Positions 25,977 through 35,502 of a stretch of DNA of 64,000 nt are shown one piece after another. Source of the DNA: an uncultured delta proteobacterium (lineage in GTDB: Bacteria; Myxococcota; Myxococcia; Myxococcales; Myxococcaceae). The translations under genes were made by a program, and so were the position numbers. Position 1 is the stretch's first letter. Each line of letters begins with the position of its first letter. The stretch lies in the NCBI GenBank assembly GCA_963771175.1, contig CAVYSY010000044.1, positions 64,001 to 128,000 of the forward strand, written 5' to 3'. The notes under the pieces were generated by a model. The model made no database searches, was not told the origin of the DNA, and saw only the letters and a list, made by a program, of their open reading frames with translations.

Positions 25977-26203
25977 CCAAGATCGAGTTTCTGCGCCTCG
26001 GCAGCCAGCTCGCTCAATACCTCCTCCTGGCGTTGCTCCTCTCGCCGCTTGTAGGCAAACAGCTCCTCGAAGCGGATACGGCGATGAGCCCCCACCTTGT
26101 GGAACGGAATCTTCCCCTGGTCGAGCAGCCCGATGAGAAAGGGATGCGACACGTTCAACAGGTTGGCTGCTTCCTGGGTCGTCAGCGTGGCATCGAGTTC
26201 CAT
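25970..26203 (-). CDS. Excisionase-like HTH (HTH_17) protein of the type usually paired with PIN toxins; no partner here
   Basis: [32 protein letters not shown]...EAQ.L.LGY; lower GC than flanks. Confidence 0.75.
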   Translation of the reverse strand: MELDATLTTQEAANLLNVSHPFLIGLLDQGKIPFHKVGAHRRIRFEELFAYKRREEQRQEEVLSELAAEAQKLDLGY

Positions 26204-26301
26204 GTCAGCTCCTGTCTCCGGTCCACACCTTACCTGAAAGGTAACTGGAGCCATCCGACTTTCAAGAGCTGAAAGGGGCTCGGGTACAGGGAGCGAGGCG
26301 G

Positions 26302-27278
26302 CTACCTCGGCACCGGCACGGAGCCGACCAGGTCCTTCGTCATGGCCCGCTTGTCCGCTCCCGCGTAGCGCGCCCGCGTGTCCAGCACGAGCCTGTGCGC
26401 CAGCACCGGCACCGCCAGCACCTTCAGGTCCTCGGGCAGCACGTAGTCCCGCCCCTGCATCAGCGCCCTCGCCCTCGCCATCCTCCCGTACAGCAGTGCC
26501 CCTCGCGTCGACACGCCCAGCCGGATGCTCGGGTGTCCGCGCGTCGCCTGCACTATCCGCAAGAGGTAGTCCGCCACCGACTCCTCCAGCTTCACCTCCT
26601 GCACCCGCCGCTGCAGCTCCCCCACCTCCTCCAGCGAGCACACCGGCGCCATCCCCTCCAGCGGCGGCGGCCCCGAGCGCGTCATCAGCAGCGTGCGCTC
26701 CTCGTCCTCCGGCAGGTACCCCAGCGACAGTTGCACCGCGAACCGGTCCAGCTGACGCCTCCGGCAGCGGATACGTGCCGTGAAACTCCACCGGGTTCTG
26801 CGTCGCGATGCACAGGAACGGCGGCGCCAGCACGTGCGTCTGCCCGTCCACCGTCACCTGCCCCTCGCTCAGCGCCTCCAGCAGCGCCGATTGCGTGCGC
26901 GGCGAGGCCCGGTTGATTTCATCGGCGAGCAGCACGTTGGCGAACAGCGGCCCCGGCCGGAAGCGGAACGTGCCCTCCTGTGGGTTGAAGATGGACGCCC
27001 CGACGATGTCCGTGGGCAGCAGGTCCGGCGTGAACTGCACCCGCTTGAAGCTGCCTCCGACGCTCAGCGCCAGCGCCTTGGCCAGCGTCGTCTTCCCCGT
27101 GCCCGGCACGTCCTCCAGCAGCACGTGCCCGCCGCGCCGCCACCGAGCACAGCAGCAACTCCAGCGCCTCGCGCTTGCCCCGGATGACGCGCTCGAGGTT
27201 GTCGACCAGCCGGGACACCAGCACGCGCGTCGGAGCCGCTCGCTCGGGGACAGGGACCTTCACGGGGGAAGAGGACAT
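26302..27278 (-). CDS. moxR: MoxR family AAA+ ATPase, frameshifts near 27130 and 26755
   Basis: [59 protein letters not shown]. Confidence 0.92.
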
Positions 27279-27323
27279 TTCGGACGCGCAGCGTAGCAGC
27301 CACGGGTAGGCTCCCGACACTCC

Positions 27324-28599
27324 ATGGCCGCCTCCGCCACCGTCCGGGACCTGTTGCTGCTGCTGCGGCGCAACCCGGACTACCGACGCCTCTTCTGCGC
27401 CACCGTCGTCTCCCTGCTCGGCGACTGGTTCGCCTTCGTGGCCATCAGCGGCTTCGTCACCGAGACCACCGGCCGCCCCGGCTCCTCCGCCGCCGTCTTC
27501 GCCGCCAGCGTCCTGCCCGCCTTCCTGCTCTCCCCCCTGGCCGGCCTCATCGCCGACCGCGTGGACCGCAAGCGCCTCATGGTGGCCGTGGACCTGCTGC
27601 GCGTCCTCCCCGCGCTCGGCCTGCTCGCCGCCCTGCACTGGCGCTCGCCCGTGCTCGCCATCTCCTGCGTGGCCCTGCTCGCCGCCCTCTCCTCCTTCTT
27701 CGACCCCGTCGCCGAGGCCTCCGTCCCCAACGTCGTCGCCCCCGAGGAGCTCTCGCTCGCCCAGGCCGCGCTCGGCAGCGTCTGGGGCACCATGCTCTTC
27801 ATCGGCGCCGCCGTGGGAGGCCTGGCCACCCTCGCCTTCGGCCGCGAGGCCAGCATCCTCCTCAACGCCTCCACCTTCCTCGTCTCCGCCCTGCTGGTGT
27901 GGGGCATCCGCCGGCCCCTCCAACACCACGGCGCGCCCTCCACCCAGGGCGTGGGGGCCCAGCTCGGCGAGGTGTGGACGCTCGCCCGCCAGAGCCGGCT
28001 CACCCGCTCGCTGCTCGTCACCAAGGTGGGCGTGGGGCTCGGCAATGGAATCGTCGGGCTGCTGCCCGCCTTCGCCACCGGCCGCTTCGAGGCCGGAGAC
28101 GTGGGCGTGGGCACGCTGCTCGCCGCGCGCGGGCTGGGGGCGCTGCTCGGGCCCTTCCTCGGCCAGCGCTGGGCGCGCGACGACGGACGGCGCCTGCTGC
28201 TGGTGTGCGGCGCCTCCATGGTGACGTACGGGCTGGCCTACGCGCTGCTGCCCCTCGCCCCCTCGCTGCCCCTGGCCGCCGTGTGCGTGCTGCTGGCCCA
28301 CCTCGGCGGCGGCGCGCAGTGGGTGCTGTCCACCTACGGCCTCCAGGTGTCCACCCCGGATGGGCTGCGCGGGCGCGTGCTCGCGCTCGACTTCGGGATG
28401 GCCACGCTCGCCGTCGGGGTGTCCTCGCTCGCCGCCGGGGCCGCCGCCGAGGGCGTGGGCCTCGCCGCCGCCTCCTGGGGCCTCGCCGCCGCCTCGCTCC
28501 TCTATGGCACCTGGTGGCTGTGGTGGACGCGCGAGCTGTGGCGCGGCTCACGCGGACGTGCTCGCCCGCTTCCGCCCCTCCCCGCGTCAGCCGGGCTGA
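27324..28599 (+). CDS. MFS transporter (ORF as sequenced runs to 28685; probable true stop 28599 after a 1-bp indel near 28550)
   Basis: Many TM helices, GLIADRVDRKRLM motif A, LRGRV; alternative frame ADVLARFRPSPRQPG* has better GC3. Confidence 0.85.
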
Positions 28600-28611
28600 G
28601 ACAGGAAGCCC
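28572..28611 (+). repeat. 40-bp direct repeat, left copy
   Basis: CCGCCCCTCCCCGCGTCAGCCGGGCTGAGACAGGAAGCCC, identical to 29665-29704. Confidence 0.95.
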
Positions 28612-28662
28612 GAGGACTGCCACGCCGCACGAGCAGCGGAGCAGGCACGTGCCTCGCCGGGC

Positions 28663-28701
28663 TTGCCCTCGACCTCAGGGGGTGAGTAACTTTCTACTCA
28701 C
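28663..28701 (+). promoter_or_regulatory. Candidate TA promoter (TTGCCC-N18-TAACTT) overlapped by inverted repeat GTGAGTA-N6-TACTCAC
   Basis: Perfect 7-bp IR at 28682-28701, 17 bp before the antitoxin ATG. Confidence 0.6.
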
Positions 28702-28718
28702 GCGAACGAAGGTGAGCC

Positions 28719-29117
28719 ATGTCCCGCTTTCAAGCCCAGACCAACGCCGTCCTCGATCAGGAACTCGAAGAGCTCCGGAAGCGACTCGGACTGGCTCCAA
28801 GCCAGAAGGCGGATCTCCTGCGCGAGGTGGCGTCTCTCGCCGCGTGGGTCGTCCGGCAGGCGGAAGAGGGGCGCAGCGTGGAGGCCCGGCGAGGCACCGA
28901 GGTCGAGACACTCACCCATCCCGTCATCGAGCGACTGCGCGCGCGCCATGAGACGGCGGAGGTGCCGCGCATCACCCTCACGAACGCCGAGGCGGAGCGG
29001 CTGGCTCGCATCCTCGACCGGGGATTCGAGCCGACGCCCGCGCTGCGCGCCGTGCTCCAACGCCTCGCCAACCCCAAGCGCCGTCCACCGAAGCTTCGTT
29101 GGAAGAAGACGGCGTGA
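28719..29117 (+). CDS. Antitoxin with DUF1778-like C-terminus (AtaR/TacA type)
   Basis: RITLTNAEAERLARILD..FEPTPALR; immediately upstream of the GNAT gene. Confidence 0.75.
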   Translation: MSRFQAQTNAVLDQELEELRKRLGLAPSQKADLLREVASLAAWVVRQAEEGRSVEARRGTEVETLTHPVIERLRARHETAEVPRITLTNAEAERLARILDRGFEPTPALRAVLQRLANPKRRPPKLRWKKTA

Positions 29118-29120
29118 CCG

Positions 29121-29653
29121 ATGGGCCTCCGCGTCGAGCCTCTCGGGCGCCAGCACCGCACGCTGCTCAAGGGCTTCCAGAATCAGCACGACTCCCTCGT
29201 CGAGTACCTGCAGCGCTATGCGCTCCGGCATCTCGAAAAGGACCTGTTGGCGAGAACCTATGTGGCCATCGATGAGAGCCCGGAGGGGCCACGTCTCGCG
29301 GGCTACTTCAGTCTCTCGACGGTGAGTGTGGAACGGAGCGCGGCACAGAAGGTACCCACGCTCGATCGGCTCCCGCGATTTCCCATTCCCGGGTGCTGCT
29401 CGCGCGGCTCGCCGTGGACCAACGCGCCCAGGGACAGGGGCTCGGGCGATTCCTCTTCGAGGAAGCACTGGGCCTGACCCTCGAGCTCGCGCAGTCGGGC
29501 CCCGTCGCGTTCCGCCTCTTCGTCACCGATGCCATCGACGCTCAGGCGGCTCGCTTCTACGAGCGGTTCGGCTTCACGCGACTGTCCGACGAGTACCCCT
29601 GCCGCATGGTGCTCGACCTGCTGCCCTTGCTCACCACGACCGGCACGACGTAG
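29121..29653 (+). CDS. GNAT acetyltransferase toxin (AtaT/TacT type), 1-bp frameshift in G-run near 29392
   Basis: L.EYLQRYA, AGYFSL, LPRFPIP, LLARLAVD...QGQGLG, DAID..A..FY.RFGF. Confidence 0.88.
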
Positions 29654-29664
29654 GCCGCCGAGTC

Positions 29665-29704
29665 CCGCCCCTCCCCGCGTCAGCCGGGCTGAGACAGGAA
29701 GCCC
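29665..29704 (+). repeat. 40-bp direct repeat, right copy
   Basis: Identical to 28572-28611; contains the stop codon of the phosphatase gene. Confidence 0.95.
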
Positions 29705-30684
29705 CACTCCTCGCCGGCCACCCGCCTCATCGCCTCGACGACGTGCAGGTGGAGGGGCCCGTTGCTGATGATGAGCCCCACGGTGTGCCGCAGCTCCGTG
29801 CCCTGCGTGAAGTCCACCGCCCGCCCATCCAACCCCGTCACCTGGCCTCCCGCCGCGCGCACCAGCGCCGTGCCCGCCACGTGGTCCCAGATTTTGTGCG
29901 GGCTCTTCCTCGTGTCCCGAGGCCCTCGCACGTACAGGTCCGCCGCCCCCGCCGCCACCAGCGCGTACTTCACCATCCCGTCGTAGCGCTTGATGCGCCG
30001 CACATCCAGGCCCGCCTCCGCGTACACCCGGTCGGCGATCTCCCGCTCGCGCCGCCCCATGACGTAGCTCTCCACCGCGCGGATGCTCTTGGGGTCCACG
30101 CGGTCGGAGACGTGCAGCGCGCGCGGCTCGGTGCCGTCGGGGGCCTCGAGCGGCTCGGCCCAGGCGCGGCCCCCCTCCGTGAAGAAGAGCGTCCCGCTGT
30201 CATCCAGCGGCGACAGGGGCACGCCGATGATGCCGTCCACCGGCTGGCCCTCCTCCAGCGTCCCCACGCAGACCGCGTACGCGCGCCCGTGGATGAAGCC
30301 CTCCGTCCCGTCGATGGGGTCGATGACCCACGTCCGGTCCACCCGCCGGTTCCGGCCATGGTCGAGCCAGCGCACGAAGTCCGCTTCGCTCACCAGCTCG
30401 CCCAGCAGCTTGCCCACCAGCCGGACCACCTGCTCGCGCTCCGCCTGCGGCACGGTGAGGAAGGCCTCGCCGCCCTCCTCGGCGATGACGCCGTCCCCGG
30501 GGAAGTGGCGGCTGATGGCGCGGCACAGCAGCGCCTGCGCGCCGTAGTCCGCGACGGTGACGGGGCTGGCGTCGCTCTTGCGGGTGACACCCGCCTGGGA
30601 GGCCTGCACCCGGCGGCTCAGCTCACATGCCAGTCGGACCGCATCGATGATGGGTTGTAGCTCGCGCACGCTCGGCTGCTCCAT
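29680..30684 (-). CDS. Inositol monophosphatase family / 3'(2'),5'-bisphosphate nucleotidase
   Basis: KSDASPVTVADY, IAEE, WVIDPIDGT.GF, IWDHVAG. Confidence 0.9.
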   Translation of the reverse strand: MEQPSVRELQPIIDAVRLACELSRRVQASQAGVTRKSDASPVTVADYGAQALLCRAISRHFPGDGVIAEEGGEAFLTVPQAEREQVVRLVGKLLGELVSEADFVRWLDHGRNRRVDRTWVIDPIDGTEGFIHGRAYAVCVGTLEEGQPVDGIIGVPLSPLDDSGTLFFTEGGRAWAEPLEAPDGTEPRALHVSDRVDPKSIRAVESYVMGRREREIADRVYAEAGLDVRRIKRYDGMVKYALVAAGAADLYVRGPRDTRKSPHKIWDHVAGTALVRAAGGQVTGLDGRAVDFTQGTELRHTVGLIISNGPLHLHVVEAMRRVAGEEWGFLSQPG

Positions 30685-30898
30685 GGGGGGAGGGCTCCTT
30701 CTCTCATGGAGAGGAGCTCCTCGAAAGCAACTCTAGCCATGCACTGTCAGGAGAGCAGCGGAGCGGGCCCGGTCCCTGGCTCGTGCGACTTCAGCGCCTC
30801 CTCCCGGGTCCAAGGAGCCCGATCTTCAGGCTGGTTGTACTTCTCCTCCAGACGGCGGCCCCCCTCGAGGAGGGCGGTGTCGCCGGGACCGGAGCCGC

Positions 30899-31907
30899 TC
30901 ACCCCACCGCCCTCGAGGCAGCCCCCGAGCCCTCCAGCATCCGCCGCGCGGCCGCCACGGCCTGCTCGAAGGCCTCGCGCCCTCGCGGGGACATCGCGGC
31001 GAGCCCACAGGGCACGTGCGGCAGGTCCTCGTACAGGTCCAGGGTGACGGGAATGCCCTCGGTCCGAGCGCGCTCGGCGAACTGGCATACCGCGTCCCGG
31101 AAGAGCTCCACGCCGCCCACCTGGACGTAGAGCGGTGGCAGCCCGCGCGGCGAGGCGTGCAGCGGTGAGACGCGCGGGTCCGTCAGGTCCAGGGGCCCGG
31201 CGTAGAAGCGACCCCACTCGACCAGCCCCTCGCGCGTCAGCAAGTCATAGGGCGCGTTCTCCACGTGGCTCGCCGCCGCGCACGAGAGGTCCACCCAGGG
31301 CGACAGCAGCACCGCGCCCGCGGGCAGCGGCTCGCCGGCCTCCACGAGCGCCCCCAGCAGCGCCAGCGTCAGCCCGCCACCCGCCGAGTCCCCGGCCACC
31401 ACCACCCGCGAGGGCTCCACGCCCGTGCTCCGCAGCCACCGCCACACGGCGAGCGCGTCCTCCAGCGCGGCCGGGTAGGGGTGCTCGGGCGCCAGGCGGT
31501 AGTCCGGCACGAGCACCCGGACGCCCGTGCCCACCGCGAGGCCGGAGGTGGTCGCGCGGTAGGAGCGCGCCGAGCCCATCACGTAGCCGCCGCCGTGGAG
31601 GAAGAGGAGCACCGTCTCTCCCGCCCCCGCCTTGGGCGTCACCCACATGGCCGACACCCCGCCCGCGTCCACGCTGCGAGAACTCCACGAGCTTCTGGGC
31701 CGGGCTCCTGGGAGTCAGCTCATCCATCACCTTCCGGGTCGCCTGGATGGTCGGGACGTCGCGCATCAAGGGCATGCCGCGCAGGAAGGCCGCGAAGGTC
31801 TCGACACCATGGGACCAACCGGGACGCAGCGGACCATGGCGCACGCGGCGCAGCGTGGTCCGAGCCGCGGCACGGGCATAGCCAAGGAGCATCTGGAGAC
31901 GGGTCAT
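30899..31907 (-). CDS. Alpha/beta hydrolase (HSL-like esterase), frameshift near 31675
   Basis: LHGGGY, DYRLAPEHPYPA, GDSAGG, SPL. Confidence 0.9.
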
Positions 31908-31991
31908 GCCCACCAGCCTACGCGAACCCGACAAAAAGGCCGTTCGAAGAGGCTTCCGTTATGCTCCCCCGACCACTTCACGGAGCCGAAC

Positions 31992-33224
31992 ATGAGAATC
32001 GTCCTGGCGACCTTTGGAAGTCGAGGTGACGTGCAACCCTTCATCGTCCTGGGACAGGCGCTCGTGCGCGCGGGTCACCAGGTGGTGCTGTGCGCCTCGG
32101 AGGATTTCGGCGGATTCGCCACGGAGCATGGGTTGTCCTTCCATGCCCTCGACGCCTCCTTCGAGGAGTGGTTGCGCGACAGCGCACAGGGCACGGGGAA
32201 GCTGATGGAGAACATGCGCCGGTCCCTCGCGCGCCGCCTGGAGGAGCTGCCGAAGGTCGTCGAGGGCGCGGACCTGCTGGTCGCCACGGGATTGCTGGTG
32301 GAGGCGCGCTCGGTGGCCGAGGTGCTCCGGGTGCCCTACCGCTACGTCGCCTTCTGCCCGCGCGTCCAGCGCTCGCGCTACCACGCCGGTCCCTCCTTCC
32401 CCGTGAACCACTCGCCCCCGTGGTTCAACCGCCTGTCGTGGTGGTTCACCCGCGTCAGTTGGAACAAGTTCGTGGGCGAGCCCATCAACGCGTGGCGCGT
32501 CCGGGCCGGGCTCGCGCCCACGAAGGACGTCTTCAACGAGGCCGTGACCGAGTCGACGGTGCTCGCGGCGGATCCCCTCCTGGCGCCGCTGCCGCCGGAC
32601 CTCGTGGAGAAGACGTTCCAGCCAGGCGCCTGGATGATGGACGACCCGAAGCCGCTGCCGGACGAGGTGGAGGCATTCCTCGCGGCGGGCGAGCCCCCCG
32701 TCTACATCGGCTTCGGGAGCATGTTGGATGAGGACCCGGTCCGCACCACGCGCGAGGTGCTGGAGGCGGTGCGCGCGGCCGGAGTGCGGGCGCTCGTCGC
32801 GCGAGGCTGGGCGGGGCTCGGCGGCGAGTCCCTGCCGCCCGAGGTGCTGGCGATCGGCCCCGTGTCCCACGGCGCGCTGCTGCCGAGGGTGCGGGCCATG
32901 GTGCACCACGGAGGCGCGGGCACCACGCACGCGGCGGCTCGCGCGGGCACTCCGCAGGTGGTGGTGCCGCACCTCCTCGACCAGTTCTACTGGGCGGATC
33001 GGGTGCAGGCGCTCGGCCTCGCGCCCAAGCCCATCAAGCGCTCGCGTCTCACGGCCCCGCGGCTGGCCGAGGCCCTGCGCTGGTGCCTGCGCCCCGAGTC
33101 CCAACAGCGAGCCCGTGAGCTGGCCTCCCAGGTGCGCACGGATGGCGCGGAGCAGGCAGTGGCACTGCTCACGAAGGAGGCGCCCCCGGTGAAGACAGAC
33201 GCGCGCATCCGGCACGGAGCGTGA
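31992..33224 (+). CDS. GT1 family glycosyltransferase (sterol/rhamnosyltransferase-like)
   Basis: GSRGDVQP, VYIGFGSM, HHGGAGTT, DQFYW. Confidence 0.9.
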   Translation: MRIVLATFGSRGDVQPFIVLGQALVRAGHQVVLCASEDFGGFATEHGLSFHALDASFEEWLRDSAQGTGKLMENMRRSLARRLEELPKVVEGADLLVATGLLVEARSVAEVLRVPYRYVAFCPRVQRSRYHAGPSFPVNHSPPWFNRLSWWFTRVSWNKFVGEPINAWRVRAGLAPTKDVFNEAVTESTVLAADPLLAPLPPDLVEKTFQPGAWMMDDPKPLPDEVEAFLAAGEPPVYIGFGSMLDEDPVRTTREVLEAVRAAGVRALVARGWAGLGGESLPPEVLAIGPVSHGALLPRVRAMVHHGGAGTTHAAARAGTPQVVVPHLLDQFYWADRVQALGLAPKPIKRSRLTAPRLAEALRWCLRPESQQRARELASQVRTDGAEQAVALLTKEAPPVKTDARIRHGA

Positions 33225-33321
33225 AGGGTCCGCCAGGTCGGGCGCTGGGAGTCCTCGGGGCTCCCGGCCCCCGCCTTGTCCCGGACCGCCTGGATGGGGC
33301 ACGGTGAAGGAGAGACCTCCC

Positions 33322-34827
33322 ATGCCCAGCCCCATCCCTCCCGGACGGCGTGCCTCGCTGGCCGCCTTCGCTCTCTGGGCCGTCGCGGCCGCCTGCTCCA
33401 CTCCTCCCGACGCGCCCCAGCCCTCCTCGCCCAATACCCTGGTGCGGCTCGACGCCGAGGCCCCGGGCACACACTGCGCCTCCGGTGGCACCGCCATCCG
33501 CATGGGCCCCGACTCCAACGGCAACGGCTCCCTCGAGGAGGACGAGGTCTCCTCCTCCCAATACGTCTGCGATGCCCTCACCGAGGAGTCCATCCACTTC
33601 GGCAACCTCCAGGTCCAGTCCAGCGCGGACCTCGCGAAGCTCGAGGGCGTCGAGTACCTCGTCGGAGACCTCTTCATCCGCGGAGACCTCGTCCCCGAGG
33701 TGCACCTGCCTCGCCTCCAGCGCATCACCGGTGCCCTCACCGTCGGCTGGGAGGGACTCGTTCCCCTCGAGGACGGCGGCAGCCTTCCCCCCATGAGCAC
33801 CCTGCGGCTCCCCGCCCTGCGCTCCGTGGGCAACCTCCTGCTCACCCTCCCCTATGTCCAGACGCTCGACCTCTCCGCCCTGGAGAGCGTCGGGGACATG
33901 GTGGAGCTCACCTCCGTCGGCACGCTCACCGCCGTGGACCTCCCCGCCCTGCGCTCCGTCGGCGGTGACTTCTCCTTCCACTACACCGCCCACTTCGCCG
34001 CCTCGCCCCAGTCCCTGCGCGCCCCGCTCCTCGCCTCCGTCTCCGGTGGCTTCCTGCTCGACTACAACGCGCAGCTCGCCACCGCGGAGCTCCCCGCGCT
34101 CGCCCAGGTGGCGTGGCTGTCCGTGCAGGGCAATGCCTCGCTGAGCGCCCTCGTGCTTCCCGCGCTCGAGCGCACCGGCGCCGTCACCGTCTCCCAGAAC
34201 GAGGTGCTCTCCACGCTGTCGCTCCCGAAGCTCGGCGGCGGCTCCGGCGCCACGCTCGTCACCGCGAACCCCGCGCTCAGCCAGTGCTCCGCCCTCGCAC
34301 TCGAGGTGCAACGCCGCCGCGCCGGTTACCTCGAGGCCGTCCTACGCGAGGCCAACCAACCCGACACCTCCTGCGCTCGCAACAGCGCCAGCACCTGCGT
34401 CCCCCTCTCCCTCGCGGACGGCTCCACCTCCTATACGGCGTGCTACGCGGAGCAGGACTTCGCCCAGGCCAGCGCCGACTGCGCCAGCGTCCTCCCCGGC
34501 GGGCACCTCGCCGTCTTCGAGACGCAGACCGAGTTCCTGCGCCTCCAGGAGGCCGTGAAGGGCCGGCTCGCCGTGCCCACCAGCGTCTGGCTCGGCTACT
34601 CGGACCAGGACACCGAGGGCTCCTTCCAGTGGCTCCTCGGAGGCTCCACGTACGCGCCCCAGGCGGGAGACTCCGCCTTCTGGTCCCCCGGCGAGCCCGA
34701 TGACGCGGGTGGCGAGGACTGTGTGGTGCTGCTCGGCCTCACCGGCGCCGCTGGGAACTTCGTGCCCGGGTACGCCAGCGACACCGCGTGCTCGCTCCCG
34801 CGCCCCGCGCTGTGCGAGGCGCCCTGA
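33322..34827 (+). CDS. Lipoprotein with receptor-L-like repeats and C-terminal C-type lectin domain
   Basis: Lipobox AAAC; C..GG....G.D.NGNG.L...E....YVC domain; LP.L..V.G repeats; C...GGHLA, VWLG..D...EG.F.W, WSPGEPD, EDCV. Confidence 0.8.
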   Translation: MPSPIPPGRRASLAAFALWAVAAACSTPPDAPQPSSPNTLVRLDAEAPGTHCASGGTAIRMGPDSNGNGSLEEDEVSSSQYVCDALTEESIHFGNLQVQSSADLAKLEGVEYLVGDLFIRGDLVPEVHLPRLQRITGALTVGWEGLVPLEDGGSLPPMSTLRLPALRSVGNLLLTLPYVQTLDLSALESVGDMVELTSVGTLTAVDLPALRSVGGDFSFHYTAHFAASPQSLRAPLLASVSGGFLLDYNAQLATAELPALAQVAWLSVQGNASLSALVLPALERTGAVTVSQNEVLSTLSLPKLGGGSGATLVTANPALSQCSALALEVQRRRAGYLEAVLREANQPDTSCARNSASTCVPLSLADGSTSYTACYAEQDFAQASADCASVLPGGHLAVFETQTEFLRLQEAVKGRLAVPTSVWLGYSDQDTEGSFQWLLGGSTYAPQAGDSAFWSPGEPDDAGGEDCVVLLGLTGAAGNFVPGYASDTACSLPRPALCEAP

Positions 34828-34950
34828 CACTCGCCGAGAATGTATGTGTCCTCCAGGGAGCGTCACTGGGGTGAGCCACGACCCGGGGGGTGCGGACTCG
34901 GGCCCGGACCATCTATTGTCGCGGCCCCCCCGGCGCAGGAGGCCCCCACC

Positions 34951-35451
34951 ATGCCCAAGGAACACGTCGATACGCAGAACCTCCAGGTGCAGAACCTCCC
35001 CGAGCAGCACGACAGCCTCCAGCCCATCGCCGACAAGGTGACGCTCGTGGTGACGCAGGCCTTCGGTCCCGGCGGCGACAGCCTCATCGGCCTGTCGGAC
35101 GTGAAGTTCAACGGCTACCCCTCCGTCACCCTCCTCGTGCGCACCCCCGATGGGCGCGAGGGGCTCGTCCACCTCTCGCCCATTCATGGCGACAAGCGGA
35201 AGACGGGCTTCATCGACATCACCCCCGGCACCCGCTGCACCCTGCTCTGCCCCGTCACGAAGCGCCCGCTCGACAAGCTCGGCCCCGCCGACGATGGCAG
35301 CGGCGCCGACTACTACGCCCTCTACCTCACCTCCAAGCTCTCCAAGGGCCACGCGGTCGCCGTCACGGACCTCTGGGACCACTTCCACTCGCGCATCGTC
35401 GATGACGAGGCCGTCATCTCCTACTGGGCCCAGACGCACTCCGTGGGCTGA
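34951..35451 (+). CDS. Hypothetical protein
   Basis: AGGAGG SD and strong GC3 bias; no family recognised. Confidence 0.7.
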   Translation: MPKEHVDTQNLQVQNLPEQHDSLQPIADKVTLVVTQAFGPGGDSLIGLSDVKFNGYPSVTLLVRTPDGREGLVHLSPIHGDKRKTGFIDITPGTRCTLLCPVTKRPLDKLGPADDGSGADYYALYLTSKLSKGHAVAVTDLWDHFHSRIVDDEAVISYWAQTHSVG

Positions 35452-35502
35452 AGCGCCCGCGGAGCCCGCTGTCGCCAGCTAGCGAGGCAGTTGCCAGGAG
35501 CG

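Noticed and set aside
25970..26203. Excisionase as evidence of a prophage or ICE
   Set aside because: No integrase, att-tRNA or phage genes; the sequence fits the TA-associated HTH type.
25970..27124. Apparent MoxR-excisionase fusion protein
   Set aside because: Produced by the frameshift near 26755; moxR ends at 26302 and the HTH is a separate ORF.
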